DNA of 64,000 nt from contig JAGCCZ010000019.1 in NCBI GenBank assembly GCA_017651425.1, forward strand, positions 336 through 64,335, in the 5' to 3' direction. Made by a program: the position numbers and the translations under genes. Source of the stretch: Bacteroidales bacterium (GTDB lineage Bacteria; Bacteroidota; Bacteroidia; Bacteroidales; WCHB1-69). The notes beneath the pieces were generated by a model, which was not told the DNA's origin, searched no databases, and saw only the letters and a list, made by a program, of their open reading frames with translations. This document shows, piece after piece, positions 45,147 through 55,477 of this stretch (position 1 is the stretch's first letter; each line of letters opens with the position of its first letter).

Positions 45147-46586
45147 ATGAGTGCCATTTCACAAATTCACCATTTTTTTCGCACTGTCACATTTCGGGCG
45201 GTATTGCTTTTCATGCTGGCGATTCCACTGTTTGGATTTGCGCAAAATACCGACCAACAGGCAGATTCGTTGGTAACGGTCTATATTCCGGTGGATTTGC
45301 CTGATTGCATGCGGCAGTTGGATTCCATTCTGACACCGGAAAACAAGGAATGGATACTTTCGGTGGAGGAGAAGGATTTCTTGGCCAGAACACATCTCGC
45401 GTTGGGGATGTGGATTCGCAACAATTGGGGGCTTTGGGCGGGCTCTCATCTGGCAACCTATTTCGATGAACAGGGAATTCACCATCCGGACGATATGTCG
45501 GGTGTGATTTTACGCTGCTATTATCATTATATTCGGGGCGAGAAGGTGAATTATCAGAGAATGCTGCGGAAAGAACGTCGAATGGAGAAGCGATGGGCGA
45601 AGAAGAATGAGAAAAACAAGCAAAAGGAAAAAGAAAAGTGGGAGTATGAGTGGCGTTATAGTTGCGATAGTGAAGTGGACACCTTGTCGGAGAAAGAAAA
45701 CAAAGCGTTTCTCCATCTTCCATTTGTTGCCGACAGTGTGACGGGGGTTCAGGTCTATTTGCGCAATTATGGCGATTCGATTGCGGAAGAGTTGCGCTTG
45801 ATGGAGCAGAGTCTGAACCGTGAACCGCGACGGGCACCCATAAAGGATGAGCTTGTCAGATCCGCTGTTGACATATACTACAGGCGTAATCCCAATGGAC
45901 GGGTCAAAAATTTGAAAATCAAGTATGTTGACAAAGAAAAAGTGAAAATCAGTTTTAACCCTGACAGCACCATTGCCCGCTTTCAGCATCATCGAATACG
46001 TCAAGATGGCCAGAAAGTTTACGTTGACGAGCACTATGAATACGCCCAAGGCCACGTTTCACGGGAAGTTGTCTATTGGAACGACACGCTCCACTCTGTC
46101 ACGCTTTATCGTTTTTCAGACCCCTGTCACTGTCAGGAATTCCATTTTGAAGGTCGGGTTTGGAATTCGCTTGCGGTCGGGTGCGACACCGTTTCCATGG
46201 CTACGTCCAGTTATCGCGTGGTGCTTTCCCCCGAAGGAGAGCGTCTGGCAACTTTTCGAAATGGATGTAGCATACTCCAATATGACAGTCTTGGTCGTGA
46301 AGTGCTTTGGATTGAGTCCAAAGACGGATATACCGTAAATCATTGCCAAGTCACTGTTTATGATGACGAGCGCAACATCTATTACGAATACCAAGGGTTC
46401 GGTTTTCTTGACGCCACCGTGCTCAATGCTCAGGGTGACGAACTTGGCAGATGCTGTTCGAAGCGGCTGGACACGTTCGACTATAATAAAACATTGTTCA
46501 GTTACCGCTATGACCGGCACGGCAATTGGACGCGCAGTTACGAAAAAGGGAAATTATACAGCCATTGCAAAATTCGGTATTATTGA
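45147..46586 (+). CDS. Secreted hypothetical protein with a K/E-rich segment
   Basis: 479 aa from ATG 45147, with signal-like FRAVLLFMLAIPLFGFAQ. The upstream part of track ORF 44715..46586 is antisense to dgkA. Confidence 0.5.
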   Translation: MSAISQIHHFFRTVTFRAVLLFMLAIPLFGFAQNTDQQADSLVTVYIPVDLPDCMRQLDSILTPENKEWILSVEEKDFLARTHLALGMWIRNNWGLWAGSHLATYFDEQGIHHPDDMSGVILRCYYHYIRGEKVNYQRMLRKERRMEKRWAKKNEKNKQKEKEKWEYEWRYSCDSEVDTLSEKENKAFLHLPFVADSVTGVQVYLRNYGDSIAEELRLMEQSLNREPRRAPIKDELVRSAVDIYYRRNPNGRVKNLKIKYVDKEKVKISFNPDSTIARFQHHRIRQDGQKVYVDEHYEYAQGHVSREVVYWNDTLHSVTLYRFSDPCHCQEFHFEGRVWNSLAVGCDTVSMATSSYRVVLSPEGERLATFRNGCSILQYDSLGREVLWIESKDGYTVNHCQVTVYDDERNIYYEYQGFGFLDATVLNAQGDELGRCCSKRLDTFDYNKTLFSYRYDRHGNWTRSYEKGKLYSHCKIRYY

Positions 46587-46616
46587 TAGCCGGGCCGTTA
46601 AGATATACGTATTTTT

Positions 46617-47408
46617 TTACGTCCCCAGCCACATCTTCCGTTCCTCATCATCCATCTTTTCGATGGCATAGCGAAGGGCGGTGCGGGGCATTTCGTGTGC
46701 GTGCATCCGGAGGAACTCTCGCAACAAATTCATATCGATGCGTTTCCCCATCTCGCGGAGCATCCAGCCGACCGCCTTCTGCATCAGGTCGTGCGGGTGG
46801 TGCAGGTGTGTTTCGGCACAGCGCAAGCACCACCACGAGTCGCCCTGTTGCAGGGTTTTCCACGTGCAGACCATACTCATTCGCTGCTTCCAGAGGCAAG
46901 GACTGGCAGCTAATTCGTCCATCACTTGCACCTTGTAGTCCTCGTGCAAATCCAGTTCGTCACCGCCGAGAAAAGTGGGGAGTAGCAGCCAGCTGCCCAA
47001 TATCTTATGGGTGGATAAGTCCACTAGATCCCAGTTGTTGGCCCGTTCGGCGTATTGCAGATACAGGGTGAGGATTTCGTCCCGATGGCGTGCCGCTTCT
47101 GCATTGTTAGCCAAGCGTTTCGTGGCTAATTTCTCAAATTTTGCAACAAGAATCAGCAGACCGCAGAGCCGCACCTCGTGCCACTTCGACATCAGCAGCT
47201 CGGGCACCTCGTCAAGCGGGAAATCCTTTGCAACGGCCTTCACCACCTCGCGGGTCTGTGGCACCTTCAGTCCGAGGAACTCGTCGCCCTCACCGTACTG
47301 TCCCGGCCCCGTTTTGAAGAACCGCATCAGCACCTCCCGCTGCTTTTCGTTGCGGAGGGATTCGAGGTAGGCGATGGTGTCGGAGGCGGAGAACTTCTGT
47401 TGCTTCAT
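46617..47408 (-). CDS. DNA alkylation repair protein (AlkD-like HEAT-repeat family)
   Basis: MRFFKTGPGQYGEGDEFLGLKVPQTREV is typical of the family. The start is either 47408 or 47432. Confidence 0.7.
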   Translation of the reverse strand: MKQQKFSASDTIAYLESLRNEKQREVLMRFFKTGPGQYGEGDEFLGLKVPQTREVVKAVAKDFPLDEVPELLMSKWHEVRLCGLLILVAKFEKLATKRLANNAEAARHRDEILTLYLQYAERANNWDLVDLSTHKILGSWLLLPTFLGGDELDLHEDYKVQVMDELAASPCLWKQRMSMVCTWKTLQQGDSWWCLRCAETHLHHPHDLMQKAVGWMLREMGKRIDMNLLREFLRMHAHEMPRTALRYAIEKMDDEERKMWLGT

Positions 47409-48052
47409 TATTGATGGTAAAATTCGAGACATTTTTGTTGAAAAAGACCTGAAGTTTTGTTATAGAGAATTTCAGCACCCCTCAATAGGATAATTGACCT
47501 TTTACGGTCGTGCTCCACTTGCAAGGATTTGGGGAACCCAAAGACACACTCTCTATGGCCATAACCTGAAGGGCAAAACCTTCCCACCTTTTTGCAATAC
47601 TCCTCGTACTCCTTGCCGAAGTCGCGGCGGAGTCGAGTCTCTTCAGTGCGCACCTGCACGAGCATAATGGCCACAAAGACGAGAAAGACCACTGCCGACT
47701 GCCAGGTCCAAAGCCAGAGGCAACAGCCTATCAGATAGACGAATATTCCCGTCAGCATCGGGTTGCGGCTGAGACGGTAGGGACCGTCGGTCATCAGGCG
47801 CTTGGTGCGCGGGGCGACCTCGTGCCCGAAGGCGTCCATCGGGTTGCCGTCGCCCACGCGGCGCATATAGATAATGGCCCAGATGCTCAGGACTAAGCCT
47901 GCCACTGCGAGTAACAACGCAATGACGACTTGCACGGCGCTGACTTCTGTGAGCACGGGCCGACAGGAGCAGAGCCACATGATTACGGGAATCAGCACCA
48001 CAAACAGCACAAAGCCGAGTGCGTACCCGAGGGTTTCTTTGAATTTGTTCAT
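47408..48052 (-). CDS. ICMT-like methyltransferase family membrane protein with an unusual ~50-aa C-terminal extension
   Basis: 214 aa. Signature LMTDGPYRLSRNPMLTG. The stop TAA overlaps the ATG at 47408 of the next gene (TAATG). Confidence 0.65.
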   Translation of the reverse strand: MNKFKETLGYALGFVLFVVLIPVIMWLCSCRPVLTEVSAVQVVIALLLAVAGLVLSIWAIIYMRRVGDGNPMDAFGHEVAPRTKRLMTDGPYRLSRNPMLTGIFVYLIGCCLWLWTWQSAVVFLVFVAIMLVQVRTEETRLRRDFGKEYEEYCKKVGRFCPSGYGHRECVFGFPKSLQVEHDRKRSIILLRGAEILYNKTSGLFQQKCLEFYHQ

Positions 48053-48119
48053 CTTATTACGTTTTAATTGTTATTTCTACCGAGCTCTTGCCCCTACCGG
48101 GGCTGCTCAAGGAAAACTC

Positions 48120-48860
48120 TTAACTCTTAACTATTATCTCTACTCTCTCCGCCACCTCTTCCGGGTGGTCCACCAACATCTGGCCGTGGTTCATCTTCGG
48201 GAAGACCTCCACGTGCGCATCCGGATATAGTGAGAGCAGATGCTTGGCCTGCGGCTTCGCGACAAAGGCCTCTTTGGTGCCGTGCCAGTAGTGGATATCT
48301 TTACCGCAAATGGATTCCAATTTGCTGGTGTAAACAGATTTGTAACCGTCCAGCACAGCGCGGGATTTCCCCGACGGATAGACCTTCTTCACCTCATCGA
48401 GCAGCACGTCAAAGTAGTGCGAGTGGAACAGCCACCGCCAGAATCCGGTCCAGTGGTAGCAGGTCCACACGTTGAAAGCCTGGTAATAGCGCAACGGTCC
48501 CACTGTCCATCTTGGCAGTGGCAGCAACGGTGCGGCATCCATAATGGCGTGGTCGATAACAATTTCGTCGCGCTCCATCATCCGCGAGAGGATCTTTCCA
48601 CCCAACGAAAGTCCGTAGGCGACATCCAACCGTCCGCCGAGGTTCTCTTGCACGTAGCGGATGGCCTGTGCAGCTTGGTCATCCACGGAGGTGAAACGGG
48701 AGGGCTTGCCGAGCAGGAATCCATCAATATCTACCGTGACAATGCGGAAATCCCCCTTCAGCAGTTCCACCAACGGAAGGAAAATCTCGTGCGAGACTCC
48801 CAAGCCGGGAAGCAGAAGGAGGGTCGGGTTGTCGGGGGTGCCGTAGATGTGAAAGTCCAT
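48120..48860 (-). CDS. Alpha/beta hydrolase
   Basis: 246 aa. LLLLPGLG, the nucleophile elbow GLSLGG, and a C-terminal MNHGQ are present. Confidence 0.75.
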   Translation of the reverse strand: MDFHIYGTPDNPTLLLLPGLGVSHEIFLPLVELLKGDFRIVTVDIDGFLLGKPSRFTSVDDQAAQAIRYVQENLGGRLDVAYGLSLGGKILSRMMERDEIVIDHAIMDAAPLLPLPRWTVGPLRYYQAFNVWTCYHWTGFWRWLFHSHYFDVLLDEVKKVYPSGKSRAVLDGYKSVYTSKLESICGKDIHYWHGTKEAFVAKPQAKHLLSLYPDAHVEVFPKMNHGQMLVDHPEEVAERVEIIVKS

Positions 48861-48872
48861 GGGTTACCGTTT

Positions 48873-49151
48873 TTAAATGTGCATTCGTTTTTCCAGTTCC
48901 CGCCACTCTTCAAGCAGGTTCCAGATGCCGTCCTCGCTGAGCACGCCACGCTTCAGGCCGGCGGGCAGAAGTCCGGCTTCATCGGCGGCAAAGTCCGCCT
49001 TCCATGCTTCACTGCCAAGATAGTCGCTCAACAGCCGGAGGTCTTCCTGTACGGTCTCATAATGGTCAAGCGCCGTCTCTAATTCCCGTAAGGCGGCTGT
49101 GGCCCTGTCAAGCCGTTGTTCCATTGTTTCAATTCGTTCCGTGTTTTCCAT
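48873..49151 (-). CDS. DUF4298-like small helical protein
   Basis: 92-aa coiled-coil-like protein. GVLSEDGIWNLLEEW is recalled from DUF4298. Confidence 0.5.
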   Translation of the reverse strand: MENTERIETMEQRLDRATAALRELETALDHYETVQEDLRLLSDYLGSEAWKADFAADEAGLLPAGLKRGVLSEDGIWNLLEEWRELEKRMHI

Positions 49152-49335
49152 TTCCCTTTTTTTAGGGAGGCAAAATTACTACTTTTCTCTTAATCCGCGT
49201 GGTTTTATCGTATTTTGTTTATGGATGCCCCAAGATATTGATTGAGTGGCAAAACCGTAAAAAATGGGATTGGATTTCATTTTGAAAGAAAAAATATCAT
49301 TATTTTTGCAAGTTGTTTCTAATGCATTTATCACA

Positions 49336-49974
49336 ATGTTTCTTAAAAAGGTGAATCAGGAAATTTCGGATTATTTGGAGTTGGAGATTATTCCGTTGTA
49401 TGACCATTTCGACAAGGCGCATCAGCGCGACCACGTGCGGATGGTGATCCGGCAAAGCATGGAGTTGGCGGCACAAATGGAGGTGGACGCGGATATGGTG
49501 TATGTCATTGCCGCCTACCACGATGTGGGGCTTTGCGAAGGAAGAGACCGGCACCATTTGGTGTCGGCACAGATGCTGTTGGAGGATGCCGTGTTGCGGA
49601 AATGGTTTACGGAAAGCCAATTGCAGACGATGGCCGAGGCGGTGCAAGACCACCGCGCATCCTCAGACCATGCGCCACGCTCCATTTATGGCCGTATTGT
49701 GGCGGAGGCCGACCGCTTTATCGATCCTGAGACGATTGTCCGCCGCACGGTGCAATATGGGCTGGAACACTATCCGGAATTGGACAAGGAAGGGCACTAC
49801 GGGCGGACGGTGCAGCATCTTCACGAAAAATACGGCCGCAACGGCTATCTCAAACTCTGGTTTACCGAGTCACCCAATGCCAATCGTCTGGAGCTCCTTC
49901 GCCAAATCATCGACGACGAGCCTCAACTCCGCCGATTTTTCAACGAATATTGGGAGAACATTATCAAACACTAA
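49336..49974 (+). CDS. HD domain phosphohydrolase
   Basis: Start at MFLKKVNQEI, about 27 nt after a TATTTTTG box. Carries H...HD (AAYHDVG) and a downstream D. Confidence 0.7.
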   Translation: MFLKKVNQEISDYLELEIIPLYDHFDKAHQRDHVRMVIRQSMELAAQMEVDADMVYVIAAYHDVGLCEGRDRHHLVSAQMLLEDAVLRKWFTESQLQTMAEAVQDHRASSDHAPRSIYGRIVAEADRFIDPETIVRRTVQYGLEHYPELDKEGHYGRTVQHLHEKYGRNGYLKLWFTESPNANRLELLRQIIDDEPQLRRFFNEYWENIIKH

Positions 49975-49984
49975 CTAAACTACG

Positions 49985-50578
49985 ATGAGCAATCCTTCCA
50001 TCCTTCGTGTTGTCATCCTTTACCTCGTCGCCATCAACGTGGTCACTTTCCTCTTGTACGGCATCGACAAGTTCAAGGCGAAGCGGTTGAAATGGCGCAT
50101 CCCGGAGTCGGTCTTGTTGGGACTTGCGGTCATTGGCGGCAGTGTCGGGGCTTGGTTGGGGATGATAGTTTGGCGCCACAAGACCCAGCATAAGAAATTT
50201 AGGTATGGGATCCCATTGATACTGGCCATACAAATTGCCATTCTGTTTCTGGTGTCGTGCAAAACTGAACAGGCGGTGGAAACAGTCAAGCCGCTGTCGG
50301 AAAATCGATATGTTCCCGAGCACTCTCCAGATGTGTTCCTGATATCGTATGATGCGGAAACCGGGAAGGAACCCGTCTTGAAGGCCATCAAGAAATACAG
50401 GTGTGAGATTGTTTACGATTACCATACCTTCAATGGAATGGCACTGAAGAAACCCGAGGACAAAACGTTGGAGGAGACTATGCAGTATTTCAGAGGGGTG
50501 AAGGGTGTGTTGACGGTGGAGTATGACTTTATCACACGCCTCGACGACCCGGTCAAGCCGAAACTGGAGGAGCGATAG
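49985..50578 (+). CDS. DUF1294 domain membrane protein with a C-terminal soluble domain
   Basis: YGIDKFKAKRLKWRIPESVLLGLAVIGGSVGAWLGMIVWRHKTQHKKF is the DUF1294 core. Confidence 0.7.
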   Translation: MSNPSILRVVILYLVAINVVTFLLYGIDKFKAKRLKWRIPESVLLGLAVIGGSVGAWLGMIVWRHKTQHKKFRYGIPLILAIQIAILFLVSCKTEQAVETVKPLSENRYVPEHSPDVFLISYDAETGKEPVLKAIKKYRCEIVYDYHTFNGMALKKPEDKTLEETMQYFRGVKGVLTVEYDFITRLDDPVKPKLEER

Positions 50579-50613
50579 GGTAGAGCTGCAAAAAGAAATA
50601 AATCCACAAAAAT

Positions 50614-51069
50614 ATGGAAGCATCGGAATACATCCAAAAACTGGGGCTCGAACCACATCCGGAAGGAGGCTATTACCGCCAGCTGTTTGGCAACGACGAG
50701 ACAGGCGACAAATCCATCTCCACTATCTATTACATGCTGACTGCCAACGATATGTCGGCATTCCATCGTCTGCACAATATGGTGGAAATCTGGTATTTCC
50801 ACGCGGGCGAGCCGCTCAATATCTATGTCATTGATCCAGACGGCACGCTGACTGTCCACCATCTTTCCGAACAGAACGAGATGCAAGTGGTCATCCAGCC
50901 GGAGCAATGGTTCGCCGCCGACATCCCTTCCAAGCGTGGTTACTCTCTCGTCGGCTGTGCCGTAGGTCCGGCCTTCCGTTTCGAGAACTTCGAGTTGGCG
51001 AAGAAGCACGAGTTGCTGAAACTGTACCCGCAGCACGGAGAGTTGATAGAAAGGATGTGTAAGGAATAA
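50614..51069 (+). CDS. Cupin superfamily protein (DUF985-like), copy 2
   Basis: 151 aa. 138/151 residues identical to 13552..14007. Confidence 0.75.
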   Translation: MEASEYIQKLGLEPHPEGGYYRQLFGNDETGDKSISTIYYMLTANDMSAFHRLHNMVEIWYFHAGEPLNIYVIDPDGTLTVHHLSEQNEMQVVIQPEQWFAADIPSKRGYSLVGCAVGPAFRFENFELAKKHELLKLYPQHGELIERMCKE

Positions 51070-51108
51070 GAAGACCGCAAGAAAAATCGCAATAAAGACA
51101 CGATCTCA

Positions 51109-51924
51109 ATGACAGAGCAAGTCCGCACAACACTCTTCGGAATCCTAAAGCTGATTCCTTTCGCCATTGTTACAGCGATAATTGTTCTATTATGGGTGGA
51201 CGATTTCCTCTGTTTTATTATGTCATTCTTCTGCTTTTGGATTATACTGCCTGCGATTGTGCTTTCGATAGTGTTCTTTATTAAGGGGTTGCGTTGGCGG
51301 GAGAAATGGCAACGGATAGCAGTTGTTTGGAGCGGACTTAACCTGCTGATGCTCATCCTCTACTTTCTTGTACAAGAACCCAACCAACGGTGTAATCCGG
51401 ACATAATGGCTGCACATTATGAGGAACATCACACCGAAATGGAAGCGCTTCACCGATACGTCCAATCCGCCATCGCTGACAGTTGTGAGATCACATTAGA
51501 ATTCAAAGGAAATAGAGTTGAGATGTTTCATGTGAGAGATAGTAACGGTAATTATTCATCCCATTGGGACAAAGAAGCGCGTCAACAGAGAGATTCGCTC
51601 ATGGCGGTAGTGGGTTTGTCTCAAGAGGAATACAAAAACATCCGCAAACAGTTGAAAGACATGGGTTGCATAGGCTTCGAATATTCACAGTCCTCCCCCG
51701 AATGGCTGACGATATGGTTTCGACGTGTTGGATTTGGGCTCTATAGTTACTACATCCTCAACCGTCCGGCGACCGATGAAGAGAAGTCCTCAGCAATGGA
51801 AGATTGGTTGCCCATCCCATATAATGATCATTGCTTTTTCAGATATGAAGGGGGCGCCGTCGGACCGATTTCATTCCCTAAAGAAGTAAGAGAAGAATTC
51901 CTGAAGAAACACAAGCCGTGGTAA
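51109..51924 (+). CDS. Membrane protein of unknown function, paralogue family member 3
   Basis: 271 aa with the same architecture and motifs as 14047..14865 and 16385..17191. Confidence 0.6.
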   Translation: MTEQVRTTLFGILKLIPFAIVTAIIVLLWVDDFLCFIMSFFCFWIILPAIVLSIVFFIKGLRWREKWQRIAVVWSGLNLLMLILYFLVQEPNQRCNPDIMAAHYEEHHTEMEALHRYVQSAIADSCEITLEFKGNRVEMFHVRDSNGNYSSHWDKEARQQRDSLMAVVGLSQEEYKNIRKQLKDMGCIGFEYSQSSPEWLTIWFRRVGFGLYSYYILNRPATDEEKSSAMEDWLPIPYNDHCFFRYEGGAVGPISFPKEVREEFLKKHKPW

Positions 51925-51944
51925 AGTGATGCTGATGCATTGAT

Positions 51945-52208
51945 ATGGATTATGACAAAAAAGAAAAGGAGATTATGCCAACCCTCACCATCCGACATAA
52001 ACGACACTGGTACGAGCCGAAGTTGCCGCACTCGGTCTTCCTGAACGGCTACTTTGTGGGTATGCTGAAGGACGACCAGCTACGGGGCGAGGTGCCGCCG
52101 ATTTACAAGATTCTCTCCGATGCGTTTTTTGCCATCTGGATCGTACGGTTGGTGTTGATACGGAAGAGATATTATAAGATTGTGACAAATGTTATAATAG
52201 AAAAATAA
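51945..52208 (+). CDS. Small hypothetical protein
   Basis: 87-aa ORF. I recognise no family and coding status is uncertain. Confidence 0.3.
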   Translation: MDYDKKEKEIMPTLTIRHKRHWYEPKLPHSVFLNGYFVGMLKDDQLRGEVPPIYKILSDAFFAIWIVRLVLIRKRYYKIVTNVIIEK

Positions 52209-52261
52209 GTATCTTTGCCGTCGAAATAGAATCTCTCTAATCAAAATCAAAGACAGACCAA

Positions 52262-53695
52262 ATGATTAATACAGAACGTGTTTTCGGCATCTTCCGTGAG
52301 CTGAACCAGATACCGCGTCCTTCGCATCACGAGGAGCGCGTGGCCGAATACCTTTGCCAATTTGCAGAACGGCTGCAGTTGGAGTATGAACGCGACAAGG
52401 AGAACTGCGTGGTGATACGCAAGCCCGCCACTCCCGGGCACGAGGCCGCCGCGCCCATCGCCCTCCTCAACCACATGGACATGGTGTGCGTGGGGATGAA
52501 CGACCCGCTGAGCGACCCCGTCGTGCCCTACGAGGAGAACGGCTGGATGAAGGCCCGCGGCACCTCGCTGGGCGCCGACAACGGCATCGGCCTCTCGATG
52601 GCGTTAGCTGTGCTCGAGGACGACAGCATCGTGCATCCCGCACTCGAGGTCATCACTACCACCAATGAGGAGGACGGCATGTCGGGCGCGTCGCAACTGG
52701 GCAAAGAGTTTCTGAAAGGCCGCAAGGTCATCAACCTCGATTCGGAGGACTACGACACCATCACCACCGGTGCGGCGGGCGCCTGCCTGCAGTTCCACCG
52801 CATCCCGATGAAAAGGATGCCGGCGCCGGACAACATTCTCGGCTGGCACCGCATCCGCATCGAGGGCGGTTTGGGCGGCCACTCCGGCGTCGATATCAAC
52901 AAGGGACGCTGCAGCGCTCTCATTCCTGCCAAAGCCATTCTGGAAACTATATGCGCCCAAGAAAGTGGCATTGAAGTGGCCGATATCCAAATCGGCGAGG
53001 CCAACGCCTCCATTGCCTCTAAGGGCGAGATGGTGATTGGCACTGCCGCGGAAGCGGCAGCAGAGGGTATAAAGAAACGGGTGGACAGCGTCAATCAATG
53101 GTTGCGAGAGCAATTTGGCGGCAGCGACCCCAATATCACTTGCAGCATTGAAGAATGCGGGAAACAAGACACTGTCATACCCAAAGACGTTGTGGTAGCA
53201 CTCCTGAAGAGTCTGGAGCAGGTACCGCAGGGTATGGTCAAGATGACCGAGGAGATGCCCGGCACGGTGGAGACCTCCAACAATGTGGGGCGCATTGTGG
53301 CGGAAGCAGACCACCTCTTCGTCTCGACCCATACGCGCAGCTTCATCGACAGCAAGATGGCGGCATTGAGCAAGGAGATTGCCAAAGCCTTTGCCGCTGC
53401 CGGCGCCGAATCGGAAGTGGTGATGTCGGCGCCCGCCTGGCAGGAGGACCAGCAGTCGCCATTTCTGCAGCTGGTCAGCGACACGTTCCAGGATGTGTTG
53501 GGCTGGCGTCCCCGCATGGTGGCGATGCACTTTGTCCTGGAGGCGGGTTTCTTCGTGCAGCACTATCCGGGCATCCAGATCGCCAGCATCGGCCCGCGCA
53601 TCGTGGAGCCGCATTCCACCAGCGAGAGGGTGGAGCTGAAGACCATCGACGACATCTGGCAGGTGCTGTTGGAGTTGCTGAAACGATTGGCGTGA
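52262..53695 (+). CDS. pepD: Aminoacyl-histidine dipeptidase (Xaa-His dipeptidase, M20C)
   Basis: 477 aa. IPRPSHHEERV, LLNHMDMVC and TTNEEDGMSGA blocks are typical of PepD. Confidence 0.85.
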   Translation: MINTERVFGIFRELNQIPRPSHHEERVAEYLCQFAERLQLEYERDKENCVVIRKPATPGHEAAAPIALLNHMDMVCVGMNDPLSDPVVPYEENGWMKARGTSLGADNGIGLSMALAVLEDDSIVHPALEVITTTNEEDGMSGASQLGKEFLKGRKVINLDSEDYDTITTGAAGACLQFHRIPMKRMPAPDNILGWHRIRIEGGLGGHSGVDINKGRCSALIPAKAILETICAQESGIEVADIQIGEANASIASKGEMVIGTAAEAAAEGIKKRVDSVNQWLREQFGGSDPNITCSIEECGKQDTVIPKDVVVALLKSLEQVPQGMVKMTEEMPGTVETSNNVGRIVAEADHLFVSTHTRSFIDSKMAALSKEIAKAFAAAGAESEVVMSAPAWQEDQQSPFLQLVSDTFQDVLGWRPRMVAMHFVLEAGFFVQHYPGIQIASIGPRIVEPHSTSERVELKTIDDIWQVLLELLKRLA

Positions 53696-53771
53696 TCGAC
53701 CGGATGCATCGTCCTTGCAAAACAATCGCCAATGATATTTTGTACGTTTGCCCCTGAAAAATAATCCCGCT

Positions 53772-55385
53772 ATGCCTCACCACCGACATACGCATCTGAT
53801 CATGGTCCTCGTGGCTATGCTGCTTTTGCTGGCAGCACGGCCTGCGCGGGGACAGCAGCGGTTCACGATTATTCAAGACACGGTGTCCGTTAACGATTTG
53901 GCACTGTATAACAAATTATCCGAATTTTATTTGACGGATATCAGAAAGTATCGAGACTACTATTTTTGCGAATTTCATGAATCATTTAAGTTCGAATATA
54001 ATACTTGTGAGACTTTATTGGCGATTTCCATAAAAGATGGCACTTCTAAAATAGTTGAACATCCTGAGAATATGGACAATCTCTGGAATGTTGACTTGTT
54101 TATTTGGAATGATACGCTATACCTCCAGGCAAAAGATTACAATTATAACAAAAAAGGCTATTATTTCGATTATGACAAGTGGCAATGGCATTCTGTATCG
54201 CATATTCCGGATCATTTTTATGAAGATGAGAACTATTATGTGGTTCCACGATATGGAAACGAAATGCTTTTTATCGAAAAAAACACCACATTGTATCCGG
54301 AAACGAAAAACGGATGGTTGCAGATGGTGCCTGTCAACCGACCCTATCTGAATCATTTCGGAAAGTGTCGGATTATCCGGACAAAAGACAACTATCTTTT
54401 CATCCACAGGGGAAAAATCGACAGTCTGCCCGTTGACCGGCCGGGTGATCCCGGCCACACGAACACTTTGGGCGACGTTTTTGGTGAGGAAAGTATGTTC
54501 TACCCGACAGACAAGTGGGTCTTTGAGGGAGATCCGGTCAGAAGACACCTCTGTTTGGGTTGTGGTTGCAGCATTGGTTACCACCGGTACCCCCAGAGTG
54601 ATACTGTTTTCCATAATGCATTCTATGTCAATGGCCAACTTTTCTTTATCGTCACTGTTTCGGGCAGAACTTTCATAGCCCAAAGTGAAAATGAAAAATT
54701 GCAGGTGGTTCAACCACTGCTTCAAGACAATCATAAAATAATGGATCCGGATTTGGATGATCGGGATTTGAACTGTGCCCCCAACTATTGCCATCTCTGT
54801 TTCACAGCAAACGGCGCCCGCGATTATGGAACTATTGATGTGGAAGACACGACCGTTTATATCCGTTACTTCACTTATCATCAGAAGGATGATTCGTTGC
54901 CCATTGCCTCTGATAATGCTACAGAGCCTCTCCTTGCCTTCCTTCTGAACAATCTGCCCGACATCCCTTTGTCCAAATTGGACAGCTGCGAGCGGCAACT
55001 TTCGGAAGTAGGGTTAGGTTGTTTTATACCCATACATAACGGCTATTACCCGAAAGATTATCAGAGCCCTAAGGAATATGGCAATTTCCCTTATTACAGG
55101 ATTTTAGACAATGGATTGGTATGCCGAAGGGAGTATTGTGTGCACAAACAGGACTCTGTTGTTAAATCGGCCTGCTTGGAATGGCGACGTTCTTACTATG
55201 GACCTCACGGAATGGACAACAAGGATTGGAAAGAGGAGATCAAGGGCGAATACGAAGAGGCTTCCTCTATCCTCACCCGTCTTACCGGTATGAACCCGCA
55301 GCAGGTGCTTCAGGTTTGCCGAGTGTGGACCTATAACGGTCTGACAATTAAACTGTACTATGATGGATGTATAATCATCTACTGA
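53772..55385 (+). CDS. Secreted hypothetical protein
   Basis: 537 aa from ATG 53772 with signal-like LIMVLVAMLLLLAARPARGQQ. I recognise no family. Confidence 0.5.
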   Translation: MPHHRHTHLIMVLVAMLLLLAARPARGQQRFTIIQDTVSVNDLALYNKLSEFYLTDIRKYRDYYFCEFHESFKFEYNTCETLLAISIKDGTSKIVEHPENMDNLWNVDLFIWNDTLYLQAKDYNYNKKGYYFDYDKWQWHSVSHIPDHFYEDENYYVVPRYGNEMLFIEKNTTLYPETKNGWLQMVPVNRPYLNHFGKCRIIRTKDNYLFIHRGKIDSLPVDRPGDPGHTNTLGDVFGEESMFYPTDKWVFEGDPVRRHLCLGCGCSIGYHRYPQSDTVFHNAFYVNGQLFFIVTVSGRTFIAQSENEKLQVVQPLLQDNHKIMDPDLDDRDLNCAPNYCHLCFTANGARDYGTIDVEDTTVYIRYFTYHQKDDSLPIASDNATEPLLAFLLNNLPDIPLSKLDSCERQLSEVGLGCFIPIHNGYYPKDYQSPKEYGNFPYYRILDNGLVCRREYCVHKQDSVVKSACLEWRRSYYGPHGMDNKDWKEEIKGEYEEASSILTRLTGMNPQQVLQVCRVWTYNGLTIKLYYDGCIIIY

Positions 55386-55391
55386 GTTTTG

Positions 55392-55423
55392 CTTCCCGCA
55401 GAACGCGCAGATTGCCGCAGATT
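55392..55423 (-). repeat. Left half of the palindromic repeat (orientation B-like), isolated copy R15
   Basis: cttcccgcagaacgcgcagattgccgcagatt. No recognisable right arm. Starts 6 nt after the stop of ORF 53772..55385. Confidence 0.6.
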
Positions 55424-55477
55424 ATTTTTACAAAATCACAGCATTCAACCCCAACATCTGACTCTAACATCTACCGC

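Larger units (their letters stand above)
50614..51924 (+). repeat. Segmental duplication, copy 2 (cupin gene plus TM-protein gene)
   Basis: See copy 1. Direct orientation, about 37 kb apart. Confidence 0.85.
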
